From the IMG/VR virus record IMGVR_UViG_3300042505_001173, positions 1-64,000 of that record: 64,000 bases of DNA. One strand, written 5' to 3'. Shown here piece after piece: positions 1-11,063 of this stretch. The stretch is from a virus. Position numbers and translations under genes: made by a program. A model generated the notes under the pieces. The model saw only the letters and a program-made list of their open reading frames with translations, searched no databases and was not told the DNA's origin. The stretch's first letter is position 1. Every line of letters starts with the position of its first letter.

Positions 1-2246
1 CATATCTTTGACGTTTTAATACCAAACCACAATCCAGTAGCACCTGTTGCAAATAATATCTGACTAGTAGCAGGTGAAGGAATATAAACCCAACATTCAA
101 TAGTAAAATCGCCAGTTCCAAAAGCCGTGTTAGCGTAATCTGTTGTAGATAAATAATCCCCAGTACCATCAAAGAACATACTACCAGTACCATTCTTCTT
201 AACATCAGTGCTAAGTTGAACGTTACCATAAGGTGTAAGAGTCAGGTTGTTCTGAGTACGGTCTTGGATTTTAAATGCTGGTAATGCTACCGTTGGAGGT
301 GTAAAATTAGCAGTGTATCTAGCTATACCCTTCGTAACACGAAAATCACTGGTATAACCGTTAAAATATTCACCTGCCGCGTGTGGCGATAAACCTAATT
401 GAGCTCCTGCGCCAGTAGAATTAACGGTTCCTGTAGCTCCAGTTAGTGTACTATTTAATTGACCATTAATAAACAATCTTGCTGTACTACCTGCACGGGT
501 TATTGCAACGTGTATCCAAGTAGTCAATGGAAAATTAGTAGTGTATGTTCCACTGAGCGTAAAAAAAGTACCATTAATACAACATACTGTTTGGTCACTA
601 GATCTCAACCAAATACCGTTGTTATATAACCCAACTGCAAGTAATGGACCCATTCCATAAGCATTTATATATACCCACGCTTCTACTGTAAAATCCCCGT
701 TAAATATAAGATTACTATTAGTTGAGGTGGTTAAATAATTACCGTTAGTTGATATACTACTAGTACCATATTTCTTGATTGCTGTACTTAGAGTAACAGT
801 TCCGGTATTAGTAACTGTACTATGCTGATTAGACCAATCAATAAAATCATTACCTGTTAGCATCAAACTAACATTCTGCCAATTCGGGTCATATGTGTCA
901 GTTGTATTCCCATCTAATAACAACGATACATTGCCCCACCAAGGGTCAGCTGCGATAGTTGGAGGTATTGTTGGTAATGCTGCGGTAGGTGGTGTAAAGT
1001 TAGAAGTGTACCGCGCGTAACCTTTAGTTATTCTAAAATCATCGATATATCCATTTAAGTTTGCTGATGGATCACAAAATGCACCCAGGTATAATATATT
1101 TGATGGGAACGATGTACTGTTAGTTGCAGTTGTACCTATTTGAATACCATTAACAAACAAATAAACGGACGACCCACTTCTTGATAATGCGAAATGGAAC
1201 CATGTATTTGCTGCTGGGTTGGCTCCGGTTATTATAACCGTACTAGATCCAACCGTTACGTTTATGGAGCTAGTCCCAACATTAACATATAGTAATATAC
1301 CTGAATATGTCCCCGCTACTCTAGCATCAAAAATAGTTGCATACCCAGATACATTACTATAGTAACACCAACCTTCTACTGTAAAATCACCGCTGAACCC
1401 AGTAGTTGTAGATGGTAAGGATAAATAATCCCCACTACCATCAAAATACATACTACCGGTACCAAATTTCTTAGTAGTGGTATCAATTCTGGTATTTCCG
1501 TATGTTGATACAGGTAACCTATAAACAGAACTATCTAATATAGTATGAGTAGGTAGCGCTTGTACTGACGGGGTAAAGTTAGATGTATAACGAACAACAC
1601 CATTTGTAAGTCTAATATCATCCATATAACCTTGAAACGTGTACGTTGCGTTATATGCACCAATTCTTGTCCAACTATATGTACCTGATTCTACAAGACT
1701 ACCAGTTGATGATTCTACACCATTAAAAAACACTCTAACGTTATTTGAAGCATCGCGTGTGACAGCAATATGCACCCATTGATTAATTAAATCTGGTACT
1801 GTAAATGATGAACTACCTACCCTAATCGTTGTACCAGCATTATAAAATGCAATACCGGTGCCTGAGGTACCAATGAAAAAGTTATAATTGCCACCAACTA
1901 CAGCAGCGGTACGGTAGAACCAACACTCAAAAGTAAATGCAGCAGTAGTTGATAATGATAAAGACAAGTAACTTGAACCATTAAAATATAAAGAGCCTGT
2001 ACCATATTTTTTAGTAGCATTTGAAACAGTAACAGTTGTATTAGTTAACGTTACAGGACTTAGTGATTTATCTAATAAGTCATTACCTGGTAATAACAGC
2101 GCTACACTTGAAAAGCTAGTATCGACATCAGTGTCACCAGTAAGCAACAATGTTACTTTATCGTAATACGCATCTGAAGCAACACTAACGACACTTGAAG
2201 TTGTACCACTAGAAGCAACAGCACTTAATATTTTACGAACTAACAT
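1..2246 (-). CDS. Multi-LamG (concanavalin A-like lectin) virion protein, runs off window edge
   Basis: Absent from the ORF track. ATG 2246 overlaps the upstream TAA; begins MLVRKILSAVASSG and is in the same frame at the window edge. Four KK(Y/F/N)GT.S motifs; FT.E.W, W.H.A..R and RYT.NFTP recur in the complete copies. Confidence 0.85.
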   Translation of the reverse strand, partial: MLVRKILSAVASSGTTSSVVSVASDAYYDKVTLLLTGDTDVDTSFSSVALLLPGNDLLDKSLSPVTLTNTTVTVSNATKKYGTGSLYFNGSSYLSLSLSTTAAFTFECWFYRTAAVVGGNYNFFIGTSGTGIAFYNAGTTIRVGSSSFTVPDLINQWVHIAVTRDASNNVRVFFNGVESSTGSLVESGTYSWTRIGAYNATYTFQGYMDDIRLTNGVVRYTSNFTPSVQALPTHTILDSSVYRLPVSTYGNTRIDTTTKKFGTGSMYFDGSGDYLSLPSTTTGFSGDFTVEGWCYYSNVSGYATIFDARVAGTYSGILLYVNVGTSSINVTVGSSTVIITGANPAANTWFHFALSRSGSSVYLFVNGIQIGTTATNSTSFPSNILYLGAFCDPSANLNGYIDDFRITKGYARYTSNFTPPTAALPTIPPTIAADPWWGNVSLLLDGNTTDTYDPNWQNVSLMLTGNDFIDWSNQHSTVTNTGTVTLSTAIKKYGTSSISTNGNYLTTSTNSNLIFNGDFTVEAWVYINAYGMGPLLAVGLYNNGIWLRSSDQTVCCINGTFFTLSGTYTTNFPLTTWIHVAITRAGSTARLFINGQLNSTLTGATGTVNSTGAGAQLGLSPHAAGEYFNGYTSDFRVTKGIARYTANFTPPTVALPAFKIQDRTQNNLTLTPYGNVQLSTDVKKNGTGSMFFDGTGDYLSTTDYANTAFGTGDFTIECWVYIPSPATSQILFATGATGLWFGIKTSKI

Positions 2247-3253
2247 TATTTTATGTCCTTACCTAGTACAAAACCTGTCCACGTTGCATCAGAATTTAGT
2301 ACAAATGCAAGAGAATCCGTACCAGATGAGGTTAATGTTGGTACAGTACCTCCTACCCATTTAACAGCTACGTTATTTACTTTAAACGTGATAATTGAAG
2401 CTCCACCATTTGTTAAATCTAATATAAACCCTGCGGCAGTAGTACTCGCAGTTGGTATATTTGTAACTAACATATTACTAAATGCTTCACCTGTTTTTGT
2501 AAACCACCCACCTGCGTTCAAGTTGATAGATATTGCGCCAGCGGATGCAGCAGCTACAGCTACACGGGTCTCAAAGACGTTCAATGCTGTTAATAATTTA
2601 TTTGTTAATGTTTGTGCATCTGTTGTACCAACGATCGTACCTGCTGGTGCTGTGACAGCGGATAATACACTACCGTTACCTGATAGTAGACCTGTTATGT
2701 TAGTAGCTGCACCATTATTTACGAATGCTGTATTTCCTGCAGATGGTGTTTCCAGTAGCTTCCAATTCGTTGTTGCTATATTATATACGAGAGATACATA
2801 TGTACCCGTTACATCTAACACCAAAGATGTACTATCTGATTCAATTGTTTTTCCAGTATTTGGTAATACGGTTAACGCATTGGTACCAAACATATTGCTC
2901 GTATCTAATACAGCAATCGTTGCTCCATCAGTAGGTGCAGCTGGTAATGTAACTGAGAATGAACCAGCTGTAGTATCACATCGAACTAATTCACTAATAG
3001 CTGCGGTATAGTTAGCTGTTTTAATGCTTGTAGCTGTTAGTCCTGCACCACCTCCCCCCGATATTACTAAATCACCAGAACCTAGCAAAGTGGTTCCATT
3101 AACAGTTTTAATAGTAGTTCCAGATACCAATGCAGCTTGTGCACCTAATGACGATAAAGCTTCTGCTACAGTTGTACCACCTGTGCCTCCGTTAACAATA
3201 GGTAAGGTACCATAATTAACACCTCTTAGAGTGGTGGATAAATTTTTAGACAT
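2246..3253 (-). CDS. Tail fibre adaptor-like structural protein
   Basis: N-terminal LPIxNGGTG/IKTxNG module shared with 15322 and 16454; central ELVRCDTT domain; C-terminal KWVGGTVPTLT...KDIK domain shared with 19092. Confidence 0.75.
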   Translation of the reverse strand: MSKNLSTTLRGVNYGTLPIVNGGTGGTTVAEALSSLGAQAALVSGTTIKTVNGTTLLGSGDLVISGGGGAGLTATSIKTANYTAAISELVRCDTTAGSFSVTLPAAPTDGATIAVLDTSNMFGTNALTVLPNTGKTIESDSTSLVLDVTGTYVSLVYNIATTNWKLLETPSAGNTAFVNNGAATNITGLLSGNGSVLSAVTAPAGTIVGTTDAQTLTNKLLTALNVFETRVAVAAASAGAISINLNAGGWFTKTGEAFSNMLVTNIPTASTTAAGFILDLTNGGASIITFKVNNVAVKWVGGTVPTLTSSGTDSLAFVLNSDATWTGFVLGKDIK

Positions 3254-3449
3254 CTAAAGGTTCCTCTTCTGTGGTCGGTTCTGGGATATTAAAGAAACTT
3301 TTAGCTTCTTCTAATGTATCAAACCAGTACCATCCTTCAACCGGAAAAGTATATTTATCTTTATGATCCTTGTTAAGATCATAACTAGGTCCGTGTACAA
3401 AACTTGGAGCTACAAATAATTCGTTATTATCAAATTTATAAAATGCCAT
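3246..3449 (-). CDS. Small hypothetical tail-associated protein
   Basis: Likely start MAFYKF at 3449 after a GGA-type RBS; YTFPVEGWYWFD motif; overlaps the next gene. Confidence 0.6.
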   Translation of the reverse strand: MAFYKFDNNELFVAPSFVHGPSYDLNKDHKDKYTFPVEGWYWFDTLEEAKSFFNIPEPTTEEEPLDV

Positions 3450-3460
3450 AAAAAATATCC

Positions 3461-6400
3461 TTAAATTGCAACTGTCCAACCTTTTAATAAGGCTTGTGTT
3501 ATATTTAATACTCTAAATGATAATGATGTTCCGCTTACGGTGGTTGCACATTTTCTATCAAGGGTAACAGATGTATTAGCTGTTATGCTAGCTATTTTTG
3601 CTGCATATTTTAATGTTCCAGAACCATCTGCAGTTATCGTAATAGCCGCACCTCCCGAGGTTGCTGAAACTTGGAATGTGTTTGCAGCTGAGCTGATAAC
3701 ATAATATATTGTATTAATCACAAGACCGGTTGGCGTTAATACTGACGTTAAAGATGAAAATGCAACTGTATCACCGTTAGATAACCCGTGCGCGGTAGAT
3801 GTAACTAAACTTCCAGATGCTGCAAATGTTACTGAGATACCCGTTGTAATTGCTGTACCGGTACCGTACACGTACATACCAACCGCCAAGCTTGATGTAT
3901 CGGTTATAGCAATAGTTACAGAACTTGCTGTCGTATTACCAGTTTTTGAAACAAGATCAAGACCTTGCACATTAGTAAGTGTTAATGTTTGACCGGTACC
4001 GATAGCCAGGTTAGCAAGCAGTGTAGCTAATGAGGTAGCTGATAGTTTAGCACCAGTAAAATCAACTGAAGTTTTATAACCTGTTGCTGTAATTTTAGAT
4101 AAACCGTAGCAGGAGTAGAACATGTTACTCATATTAGTAACAGCTGCTACGTTAAGTGCTGGAATCGAAGTTAAAGCACTGCAGGTGTAGAACATGTAAG
4201 ACATGTCAGTAACCGCAGAAGATACAAATAGTGGTACTGTAGTTAATGCATAGCAGCCGTAAAACATGTAAGACATATTTGTAACAGCTGCTGTATTAAA
4301 CAGTGGAACTGATGTTAGTGAATAACAGTTAACAAACATGTAATACATATTATTGACAGTTGCTGTATTGAACAATGGTACCGTTGTTAATGTTTGACAA
4401 AAGGAGAACATACCGCTCATATTAGTGCAAGCAGTTGTTACAAATAACGGTACTGAAGTTAATGCGTAGCAACTTTGGAACATGTAAGACATATCGATGC
4501 AAGCAGTTGTTACAAATAATGGCACGGTTGTTAATGAGGAGCAATTGTAAAACATGTAAGACATATTTGTAACAGCTGTAGTTACAAACAATGGTACAGT
4601 AGTTAACGAGTAGCACGTACTAAACATGCTAGTCATATTATTAACAGCTGTAGTTACAAACAACGGTACGGTAGTTAACGCTATGCAAGTATGGAACATG
4701 CTACTCATACTTTGACAAGCTGCTGTATTAAACAATGGTACCGATGTTAACGCGTAGCAATTTTGGAACATGTTATTCATATTAACGCAAGCTGACGTAT
4801 TAAACAATGGTACCGATGTTAACGCGTAGCAATTGCTGAACATATTAGCCATTTGGGTACAAACAGCCGTATTGAACAATGGTACCGTTGTTAACGAGTA
4901 GCACGTACTAAACATGCTAGTCATGTTCCAAACAGCTGCTGTATTTAATAATGGTACCGAAGATAATGAAAAGCAACTGGTGAACATATTTTGCATGTTT
5001 GTACAAGCTGCGGTATTAAATAACGGTACGGTTTTTAAACTGCGACAACTGGCGAACATGCTACTCATACTTTGACAAGCTGCTGTATTAAACAATGGTA
5101 CCGTGGTTAATGCGAAGCAACTGTTGAACATGCTACTCATATTAGTGCAAGCTGCAAGGTTGAACAACGGTACAGTAGTTAACGTAGAGCACGTACTAAA
5201 CATGCTTGTCATATTAATAACAGCTGATGTATTAAACAACGGTACTGTAGTTAATGAGGTGCACGTACTAAACATGCTACTCATATTAGTGCAAGCGGAG
5301 GTTTTAAACAATGGTACTGTAGTTAATGTGATACACCCTTGAAACATACTTGTCATATTAGTGCACACCGAAGTATTAAACAATGGTACCGATGTTAACG
5401 CGTAGCAATTTTGGAACATGTTATTCATATTAACGCAAGCTGCTGTATTAAACGGTGGTACAGTAGTTAATGTTTGACAATTGATGAACATATTAGACAT
5501 TTGGGTACAAACAGCCGTATTGAACAATGGTACAGCCCGCAACGAATAGCACCCGTTAAACATGTACGACATATTTTGACAAGCAGCAGTATTAAATAAC
5601 GGTACATTTTTTAAACTTCGACATGCTTGGAAAATGTAGGACATATTAGTAACAGCTGTAGTTACAAATAGTGGTACTGTAGTTAATTGATAGCAGTTGT
5701 TGAACATGTAGGACATATTAGTAACAGCTGTAGTAACAAATAACGGTACATACGATAACGTATTGCAGCTGCTAAACATGTTACTCATATTAGTAACAGC
5801 TGCTGTATTAAACAATGGTACAGTAGATAACGCGTAGCAATTTTGGAACATGGCACTCATATTAGTAACAGCTGCTGTATTAAACAATGGTACATACGTT
5901 AATGAAAAACAAGAACTAAACATGGTACCCATATCAAGACATGCTGCGGTATTAAATAACGGTACGGTTGTTAATGCTTGACAACTGGCGAACATACCAG
6001 CCATAATTTGACAAGCTGATGTTACAAATAGCGGCACATTTGTTAGCGCAAAACAACTGTTAAACATACCTTGCATGCTGGTACAAGCTGATGTATTAAA
6101 CAACGGTACGGTTGTTAACGCGTAGCAACCGTTGAACATGCTTTGCATGCTAGTGACATTGCTAGATGCACTAGGTAAACTAACACTTCGCAATGCAAGA
6201 CACATACTAAATTGATAAGCGTATGACGTTAATGTACTGCTATGACTACTAATAGATACTTGCTCTAACAACCTATGATAGCAGCCACCGCTACTACTTA
6301 TAGTAATTGATGTTAAGAAATCACCGTTTATAGCTATATCTAACCAAGGTGTTGTACTAGAACCCACCTGTAATGATGGATGAGCTACATTAATATTGAT

Positions 6401-6832
6401 ACCGGATAAATTACCAGATGTTGGTGTTACTGTAACAAGAACTTGTTTATATGTTAGCCCGTTATGCGTTATTGCTGTACCAGTTACACTTGAATACGTA
6501 TATTGGTAATTAGCTTGGGAACTTGACGCATAGGTTTGAGCTGCAGTACCATCACCCCAATTTACCGTAAACGTCGCAGCGGTATCTGTTGATGCACTCA
6601 ATGCCAGGTAATTAGATTCTTCAAAAATAGCTACCAGCCCAACGAATTTTTGTAAACCTGCAACACTAGGCAACGCAGTCCAATTTGCATCTCTAGTCCA
6701 AGAATTTGATGGAACTGTCGGAGCTGTTAATGATGGTTGTGTAGGTGTTGCAACAGTACTAATTACAGCTGTTGATTTACCACCTAAATTCTTCTTATTA
6801 ATATTTTTTGAAGAAATATTACCTGCGGACAT
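3461..6832 (-). CDS. BspA/DUF285-type leucine-rich-repeat virion protein
   Basis: 29 tandem 24-aa units LTTVPLFNTAA(V/C)TNMSxMFxxCxx; VNWGDG N-domain; C-terminal HGLSNGDTV beta-barrel typical of phage tail proteins. Confidence 0.85.
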   Translation of the reverse strand: MSAGNISSKNINKKNLGGKSTAVISTVATPTQPSLTAPTVPSNSWTRDANWTALPSVAGLQKFVGLVAIFEESNYLALSASTDTAATFTVNWGDGTAAQTYASSSQANYQYTYSSVTGTAITHNGLTYKQVLVTVTPTSGNLSGININVAHPSLQVGSSTTPWLDIAINGDFLTSITISSSGGCYHRLLEQVSISSHSSTLTSYAYQFSMCLALRSVSLPSASSNVTSMQSMFNGCYALTTVPLFNTSACTSMQGMFNSCFALTNVPLFVTSACQIMAGMFASCQALTTVPLFNTAACLDMGTMFSSCFSLTYVPLFNTAAVTNMSAMFQNCYALSTVPLFNTAAVTNMSNMFSSCNTLSYVPLFVTTAVTNMSYMFNNCYQLTTVPLFVTTAVTNMSYIFQACRSLKNVPLFNTAACQNMSYMFNGCYSLRAVPLFNTAVCTQMSNMFINCQTLTTVPPFNTAACVNMNNMFQNCYALTSVPLFNTSVCTNMTSMFQGCITLTTVPLFKTSACTNMSSMFSTCTSLTTVPLFNTSAVINMTSMFSTCSTLTTVPLFNLAACTNMSSMFNSCFALTTVPLFNTAACQSMSSMFASCRSLKTVPLFNTAACTNMQNMFTSCFSLSSVPLLNTAAVWNMTSMFSTCYSLTTVPLFNTAVCTQMANMFSNCYALTSVPLFNTSACVNMNNMFQNCYALTSVPLFNTAACQSMSSMFHTCIALTTVPLFVTTAVNNMTSMFSTCYSLTTVPLFVTTAVTNMSYMFYNCSSLTTVPLFVTTACIDMSYMFQSCYALTSVPLFVTTACTNMSGMFSFCQTLTTVPLFNTATVNNMYYMFVNCYSLTSVPLFNTAAVTNMSYMFYGCYALTTVPLFVSSAVTDMSYMFYTCSALTSIPALNVAAVTNMSNMFYSCYGLSKITATGYKTSVDFTGAKLSATSLATLLANLAIGTGQTLTLTNVQGLDLVSKTGNTTASSVTIAITDTSSLAVGMYVYGTGTAITTGISVTFAASGSLVTSTAHGLSNGDTVAFSSLTSVLTPTGLVINTIYYVISSAANTFQVSATSGGAAITITADGSGTLKYAAKIASITANTSVTLDRKCATTVSGTSLSFRVLNITQALLKGWTVAI
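4100..6190 (-). repeat. Coding tandem repeat, 72-bp unit, about 29 copies
   Basis: Identical blocks recur at multiples of 72 bp, e.g. ctactcatactttgacaagctgctgtattaaacaatggtacc at 4701 and 5061. Confidence 0.9.
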
Positions 6833-7161
6833 TACGCAATCTCCGTACCATATAATGAAAATGCAACGTTTGCTGAACCCGCATAAACTGTAATAACATC
6901 ACTAGCACCTAAGGTAATACCTAAAGTTAAAAATACAGAATCAAACTGGTTAACAGTTGAGTCGTAAATAATATAGTGTTGATTAGCTAAAGTAGTGCCA
7001 CCTGGTCTAACAGCTATTCTAAATGTTGTACTATCACTTAACGCACAAACAACTAAAGTACTGCATATTGTAGATGTTGACGCAGGTGCTGTGTACAGGG
7101 TTGTAAAAGTTGTTGCCGCTGGGTTAGATTGACCTAAGACCTTGTATGATGATGTTGCCAT
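6832..7161 (-). CDS. Small beta-rich structural protein (YKVLGQSNP family)
   Basis: 109 aa, MATSSYKVLGQSNPAATTFTTLYT...; abuts both neighbours. Confidence 0.7.
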   Translation of the reverse strand: MATSSYKVLGQSNPAATTFTTLYTAPASTSTICSTLVVCALSDSTTFRIAVRPGGTTLANQHYIIYDSTVNQFDSVFLTLGITLGASDVITVYAGSANVAFSLYGTEIA

Positions 7162-7800
7162 TTATGCACCCATGAATAGAAAATTAGTTTCGATACCTGC
7201 ACCTACACTGCTAACCCCGCTACTACCTGCATTACCACCTAGAGTCGTTACAGCAGACGGGGTTTGTAGTAACCGCCAATTTGTAGTACCAATATTATAC
7301 ACAAACGTAACAGCTGTACCGCTTATATCTAATATATATGAGGTTCCATCTGATTCTATGGTTTTTCCTGTATTTGGTAATAAAGTTAAATTATTGGTTC
7401 CAAAATAATTTGTAATATCGACAACACCTATCATTGCGCCATCGGTAGGGGATGCAGGGAACGTAATAGAGAAAGCGCCAGCTGTGGTATCGCACCGTAC
7501 CATTTCATTAACTACTGCAGTGTATGCAGATGTTTTAATGCTAGTAGGCGATAGGCCAGAACCACCACCTCCACTAATTGATACAGTACCAGATATCCAA
7601 TTAGACCCGTTACTAGTTAATACACTACCAGGTATACCAGGCGTTGGTAGAGGTGATATATCAGCCCAGCTTACAACACCATTAACAAGTGTTTGCTTGT
7701 ATAATTTACCGGTAGTGGAATTAAGCCATTCATCTCCAAGTACCGCTCCCGAAGGAGCGGTTTCAGAAACATACTGTTGAGTAAATAAATTCGATGGCAT
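7162..7800 (-). CDS. Tail fibre adaptor-like protein
   Basis: One EMVRCDTT domain like 2246 and 19092; ends FLFMGA. Confidence 0.7.
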   Translation of the reverse strand: MPSNLFTQQYVSETAPSGAVLGDEWLNSTTGKLYKQTLVNGVVSWADISPLPTPGIPGSVLTSNGSNWISGTVSISGGGGSGLSPTSIKTSAYTAVVNEMVRCDTTAGAFSITFPASPTDGAMIGVVDITNYFGTNNLTLLPNTGKTIESDGTSYILDISGTAVTFVYNIGTTNWRLLQTPSAVTTLGGNAGSSGVSSVGAGIETNFLFMGA

Positions 7801-7809
7801 TTTATTACC

Positions 7810-10659
7810 TTACGCTTGGGCTTCTGTCCACGATATACGTGCATTGATAACACCACTGTTAACTAATGGTGTACCAACAATTGTGATAACATCTGGACCG
7901 TCTGGAAATACATTTGCAGGGGTATTAGAACACGTCAATGTATTACCACCACCTAAAATACTGTTACCGATATCACGAACTAAATTCAAATCTTGCGTCG
8001 ATGCACCGTTAACATTTGTAAAGAACCCATAAATGCTTTCACCTCCTGAAATAGTAGTTGCGTTTGTATGTAAAGCAACTTGCGCTAAACTTGATCCACC
8101 TACCGGTGCAAACGTAACCGTACCACCAGATAATCTACCGTTCAATACTAATTCAATTCTAAATGAACCAGCACTAGATGTATAGCAACCCATACCGCGC
8201 AGTGTCAATTGCATACGATTGATGATTTCACGTACACCTAACAGTCCAGTGTTACCATTATCAACAGAAGGTCCTAATCTAATAGACATTAACGGGTATT
8301 TTACACCAGCTGTAGTAGCTGTATACGATGTTACCATACCGTAGTTGAATACGAATGATTTATCATCATCAAATCGTCCATCCATTATAACAGATGAACC
8401 CCAATGGCTGATAACACTCGCACATTGAGGTGAATACAATTCACATTGAATAGGAGCTGTAGCACTATATGTAAATGTTGTAGCACTTGCTGTACCACCG
8501 GTTGCGTTACGAGTTAAGCCGGTAAGTGAAGTCTGTGTTTTTCCGGTGTAAGTAATGTATTCAATAGCAGCTCCAGTATTACCAGCAGCTGTGACAATTA
8601 CGGTACCAGCATTTGGCCAACCAGTTGTATCAGCGACACCCATAGATGTGGTAGATCCTGACGCTAAAGTAGAAGTCAAGTATGACCAGGGCGCAATAGT
8701 ATTTGTTTCATAACGCGCTGGTAAATTACCAGACCGCATAAACGCTTCAGTGTTTACGTTATTATTAGGTATTCTATGGCAATAAATCACTTCACCGCGA
8801 TTATTTTTAAATCCAAATCTAATTGCACCCGCTCCATACCATGTATAGTCAGCATAGAACATTTGCATTTTTGTTAAATCTAAATTGAATTTACTCGCAC
8901 CTGTTCCATCACATTTATCGATATTCCATGTACTTTGTGGGTATCTTGTGTTGATAGTTTTGCTAACTACACATGCTGCAGCGGTAGTACCTCGATATTC
9001 AGGGTATATATACATTTGTGTGTCACTGGTAATAGTTTGTACCATATAGCTTTGACCACGTATAACAATGAAGTCTCCAGGTTTTAACTGTGTGCTATAT
9101 TTGGTATTAGTACCTATAACAAGATTAGATGCGTTAGTTACTGCTGATGAACCTGATATTTGTGTAGTACTATTACGTTTAACAACATATAATGTTTGAC
9201 CATCAAACTCAAAATAAAACCCATTTTGAGAATCAAACATACCGAGTCTATTAGATGATCCATACCAGCTATATGGCGATACAGTAATAGGGAAACCAGT
9301 AGCTGGTGAAGCGGTAGGTGTTGTTAACGCAGTATAAGTTAAAGTTGTTGGTGTTGGCGCAGTAGCAACAAGGAACACACCATTGTAAGCGGACTCAACA
9401 GCTCCTGAAACAACAATATACGCACCTGGTAGCATACCATGTGACAATTTTGTAGTAACGGTTACCGTAGTACCACTTGAGGAAAGATTATCAACCGATA
9501 ACGACGGTTTTAAAATTGAACCTGTTGAGAATTGAATACCTTTACCTGATTGGTATCTAAAATATCTGCGGGTTTGACGAATAACTTGATAACCTTGATA
9601 TGGTGAGTTATTTGTAAACTGTACACCACCGTCAAATGCGCGATGTACAACATAACCTAACTGTCTAGGGTAAATAGATGCATTAGAAACCGCTGTGATT
9701 GTTCCTGTTGCAGTGCACGCAAATGTAAATGTATTTGAGGTAGGTGTTGTTGCAACAACCCAGCTACTGTTTAATGTACCGGTTGCACCAGTAGTACCAA
9801 TCACGTAAATAGCGTTACCAGGTTGTAACCCGTGCGCATTTGTTGTAGTTACAGTTGCGACTGTTCCAGACAACGCTATTGCACTTGTACCAGCAGGAAT
9901 TGCTGAACCGGTGTAAAAGTAGCCAATATACAAATAAGTTTTAGTATCGTCAAATAACGTAGCAGCAGGTGTGGTCGTAACAGTGAACGTAATGCTTGTA
10001 TTAGCTGTTACGGACTCAACCACCCACCACCCATCGGCATTGCCAACGTCTAATGTACCTTGAATGAAAATAGGTGTACCGACGGTAATACCTGTAGTGT
10101 TAGTTATTGCAACAGTTACGACTTTTGCAGATGCGGTAACGTTTGTAATACGGTAAGTACTAGCATTGGACCCATTAAAAACAACGGTTGATGCAACGTT
10201 AGTGATCGGTTGCGTATAATCAACGAATGCACTTGGTCTGTTATTAAGTAATGCGACACTTTCCCATTTTGTTGGTTGTACACCGTACTCAAAGTCTGTA
10301 TCGATTAAAGCTTGAGGAGTACTAACGCGCATCTTATCAACAGGGTCACGCATTATTTCCGCAGGAATAATTTCCTGGTACGTTTCTTCAACAAGAATAG
10401 CTAATTTATCTGTACTAGACATTGCTGCAGTATTATATGCTAACACTATAGTAGTTGTTTCTTGACCTGTTACTGAATCAACAGCATTTACGAATGATGT
10501 CGAATTTAAAGATGGGTCAGAAAAATTATAAATTACGTTACCTGTAGATGTATTAGTAATTAGCAGCAATTGCTCTTTTCTAATATTTTTACCAGTTACG
10601 ACAATTGTTCTTGTCGCAGGGGTAAGAGCATAACTTTCTAATATAACATGTTTTGCCAT
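7810..10659 (-). CDS. Large virion structural protein (tail/baseplate associated)
   Basis: 949 aa; LLLITN...VIYNFSD N-terminus, MRVSTPQALIDTDFEYG, RYFRYQSGKG, repeated HG(L/M)xPG beta-barrels; resembles T4-like phage structural proteins. Confidence 0.7.
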   Translation of the reverse strand: MAKHVILESYALTPATRTIVVTGKNIRKEQLLLITNTSTGNVIYNFSDPSLNSTSFVNAVDSVTGQETTTIVLAYNTAAMSSTDKLAILVEETYQEIIPAEIMRDPVDKMRVSTPQALIDTDFEYGVQPTKWESVALLNNRPSAFVDYTQPITNVASTVVFNGSNASTYRITNVTASAKVVTVAITNTTGITVGTPIFIQGTLDVGNADGWWVVESVTANTSITFTVTTTPAATLFDDTKTYLYIGYFYTGSAIPAGTSAIALSGTVATVTTTNAHGLQPGNAIYVIGTTGATGTLNSSWVVATTPTSNTFTFACTATGTITAVSNASIYPRQLGYVVHRAFDGGVQFTNNSPYQGYQVIRQTRRYFRYQSGKGIQFSTGSILKPSLSVDNLSSSGTTVTVTTKLSHGMLPGAYIVVSGAVESAYNGVFLVATAPTPTTLTYTALTTPTASPATGFPITVSPYSWYGSSNRLGMFDSQNGFYFEFDGQTLYVVKRNSTTQISGSSAVTNASNLVIGTNTKYSTQLKPGDFIVIRGQSYMVQTITSDTQMYIYPEYRGTTAAACVVSKTINTRYPQSTWNIDKCDGTGASKFNLDLTKMQMFYADYTWYGAGAIRFGFKNNRGEVIYCHRIPNNNVNTEAFMRSGNLPARYETNTIAPWSYLTSTLASGSTTSMGVADTTGWPNAGTVIVTAAGNTGAAIEYITYTGKTQTSLTGLTRNATGGTASATTFTYSATAPIQCELYSPQCASVISHWGSSVIMDGRFDDDKSFVFNYGMVTSYTATTAGVKYPLMSIRLGPSVDNGNTGLLGVREIINRMQLTLRGMGCYTSSAGSFRIELVLNGRLSGGTVTFAPVGGSSLAQVALHTNATTISGGESIYGFFTNVNGASTQDLNLVRDIGNSILGGGNTLTCSNTPANVFPDGPDVITIVGTPLVNSGVINARISWTEAQA

Positions 10660-10664
10660 TGTAA

Positions 10665-11063
10665 TTAATCTCCTAATGCAATTGTCATTGCGTTAAATGG
10701 GTATCTTTGTGATTGTCTTGATGACGATGTAGATCTTACAACTAATGACACGTTACTACCAGTAAATGGCGGTTTGTAAATAATTAGTTGATTCGACTTC
10801 ACTCTAAACCCTGTAAATGAATCATATGGCGTAATCCACGGGTAAGTTACATTATCTACATATGGTGCTAGTTTTAAACCGTTTACAAATACATCTATAT
10901 CTTTGGAATCTATAGTACTAAACGCTACACTATTTATCGCTAAATTGAAAACGGATGTACTTCCGTTGCATTGATTTGAGATATCATCTAAAACAGATCC
11001 AGTGAGTGTGCTGCCAACTGTAGGTGTAGGAGCTCCAACTAAACTCGATAAGCTAACGGTCAT
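10665..11063 (-). CDS. Hypothetical structural protein
   Basis: 132 aa, LDDIS.Q.NG...FNL motif; ATAAATA upstream. Confidence 0.6.
   Translation of the reverse strand: MTVSLSSLVGAPTPTVGSTLTGSVLDDISNQCNGSTSVFNLAINSVAFSTIDSKDIDVFVNGLKLAPYVDNVTYPWITPYDSFTGFRVKSNQLIIYKPPFTGSNVSLVVRSTSSSRQSQRYPFNAMTIALGD

Noticed and set aside
4100-6190. CRISPR array or non-coding repeat
   Set aside because: The period is 72 bp, in frame within a CDS, with no repeat-spacer alternation.
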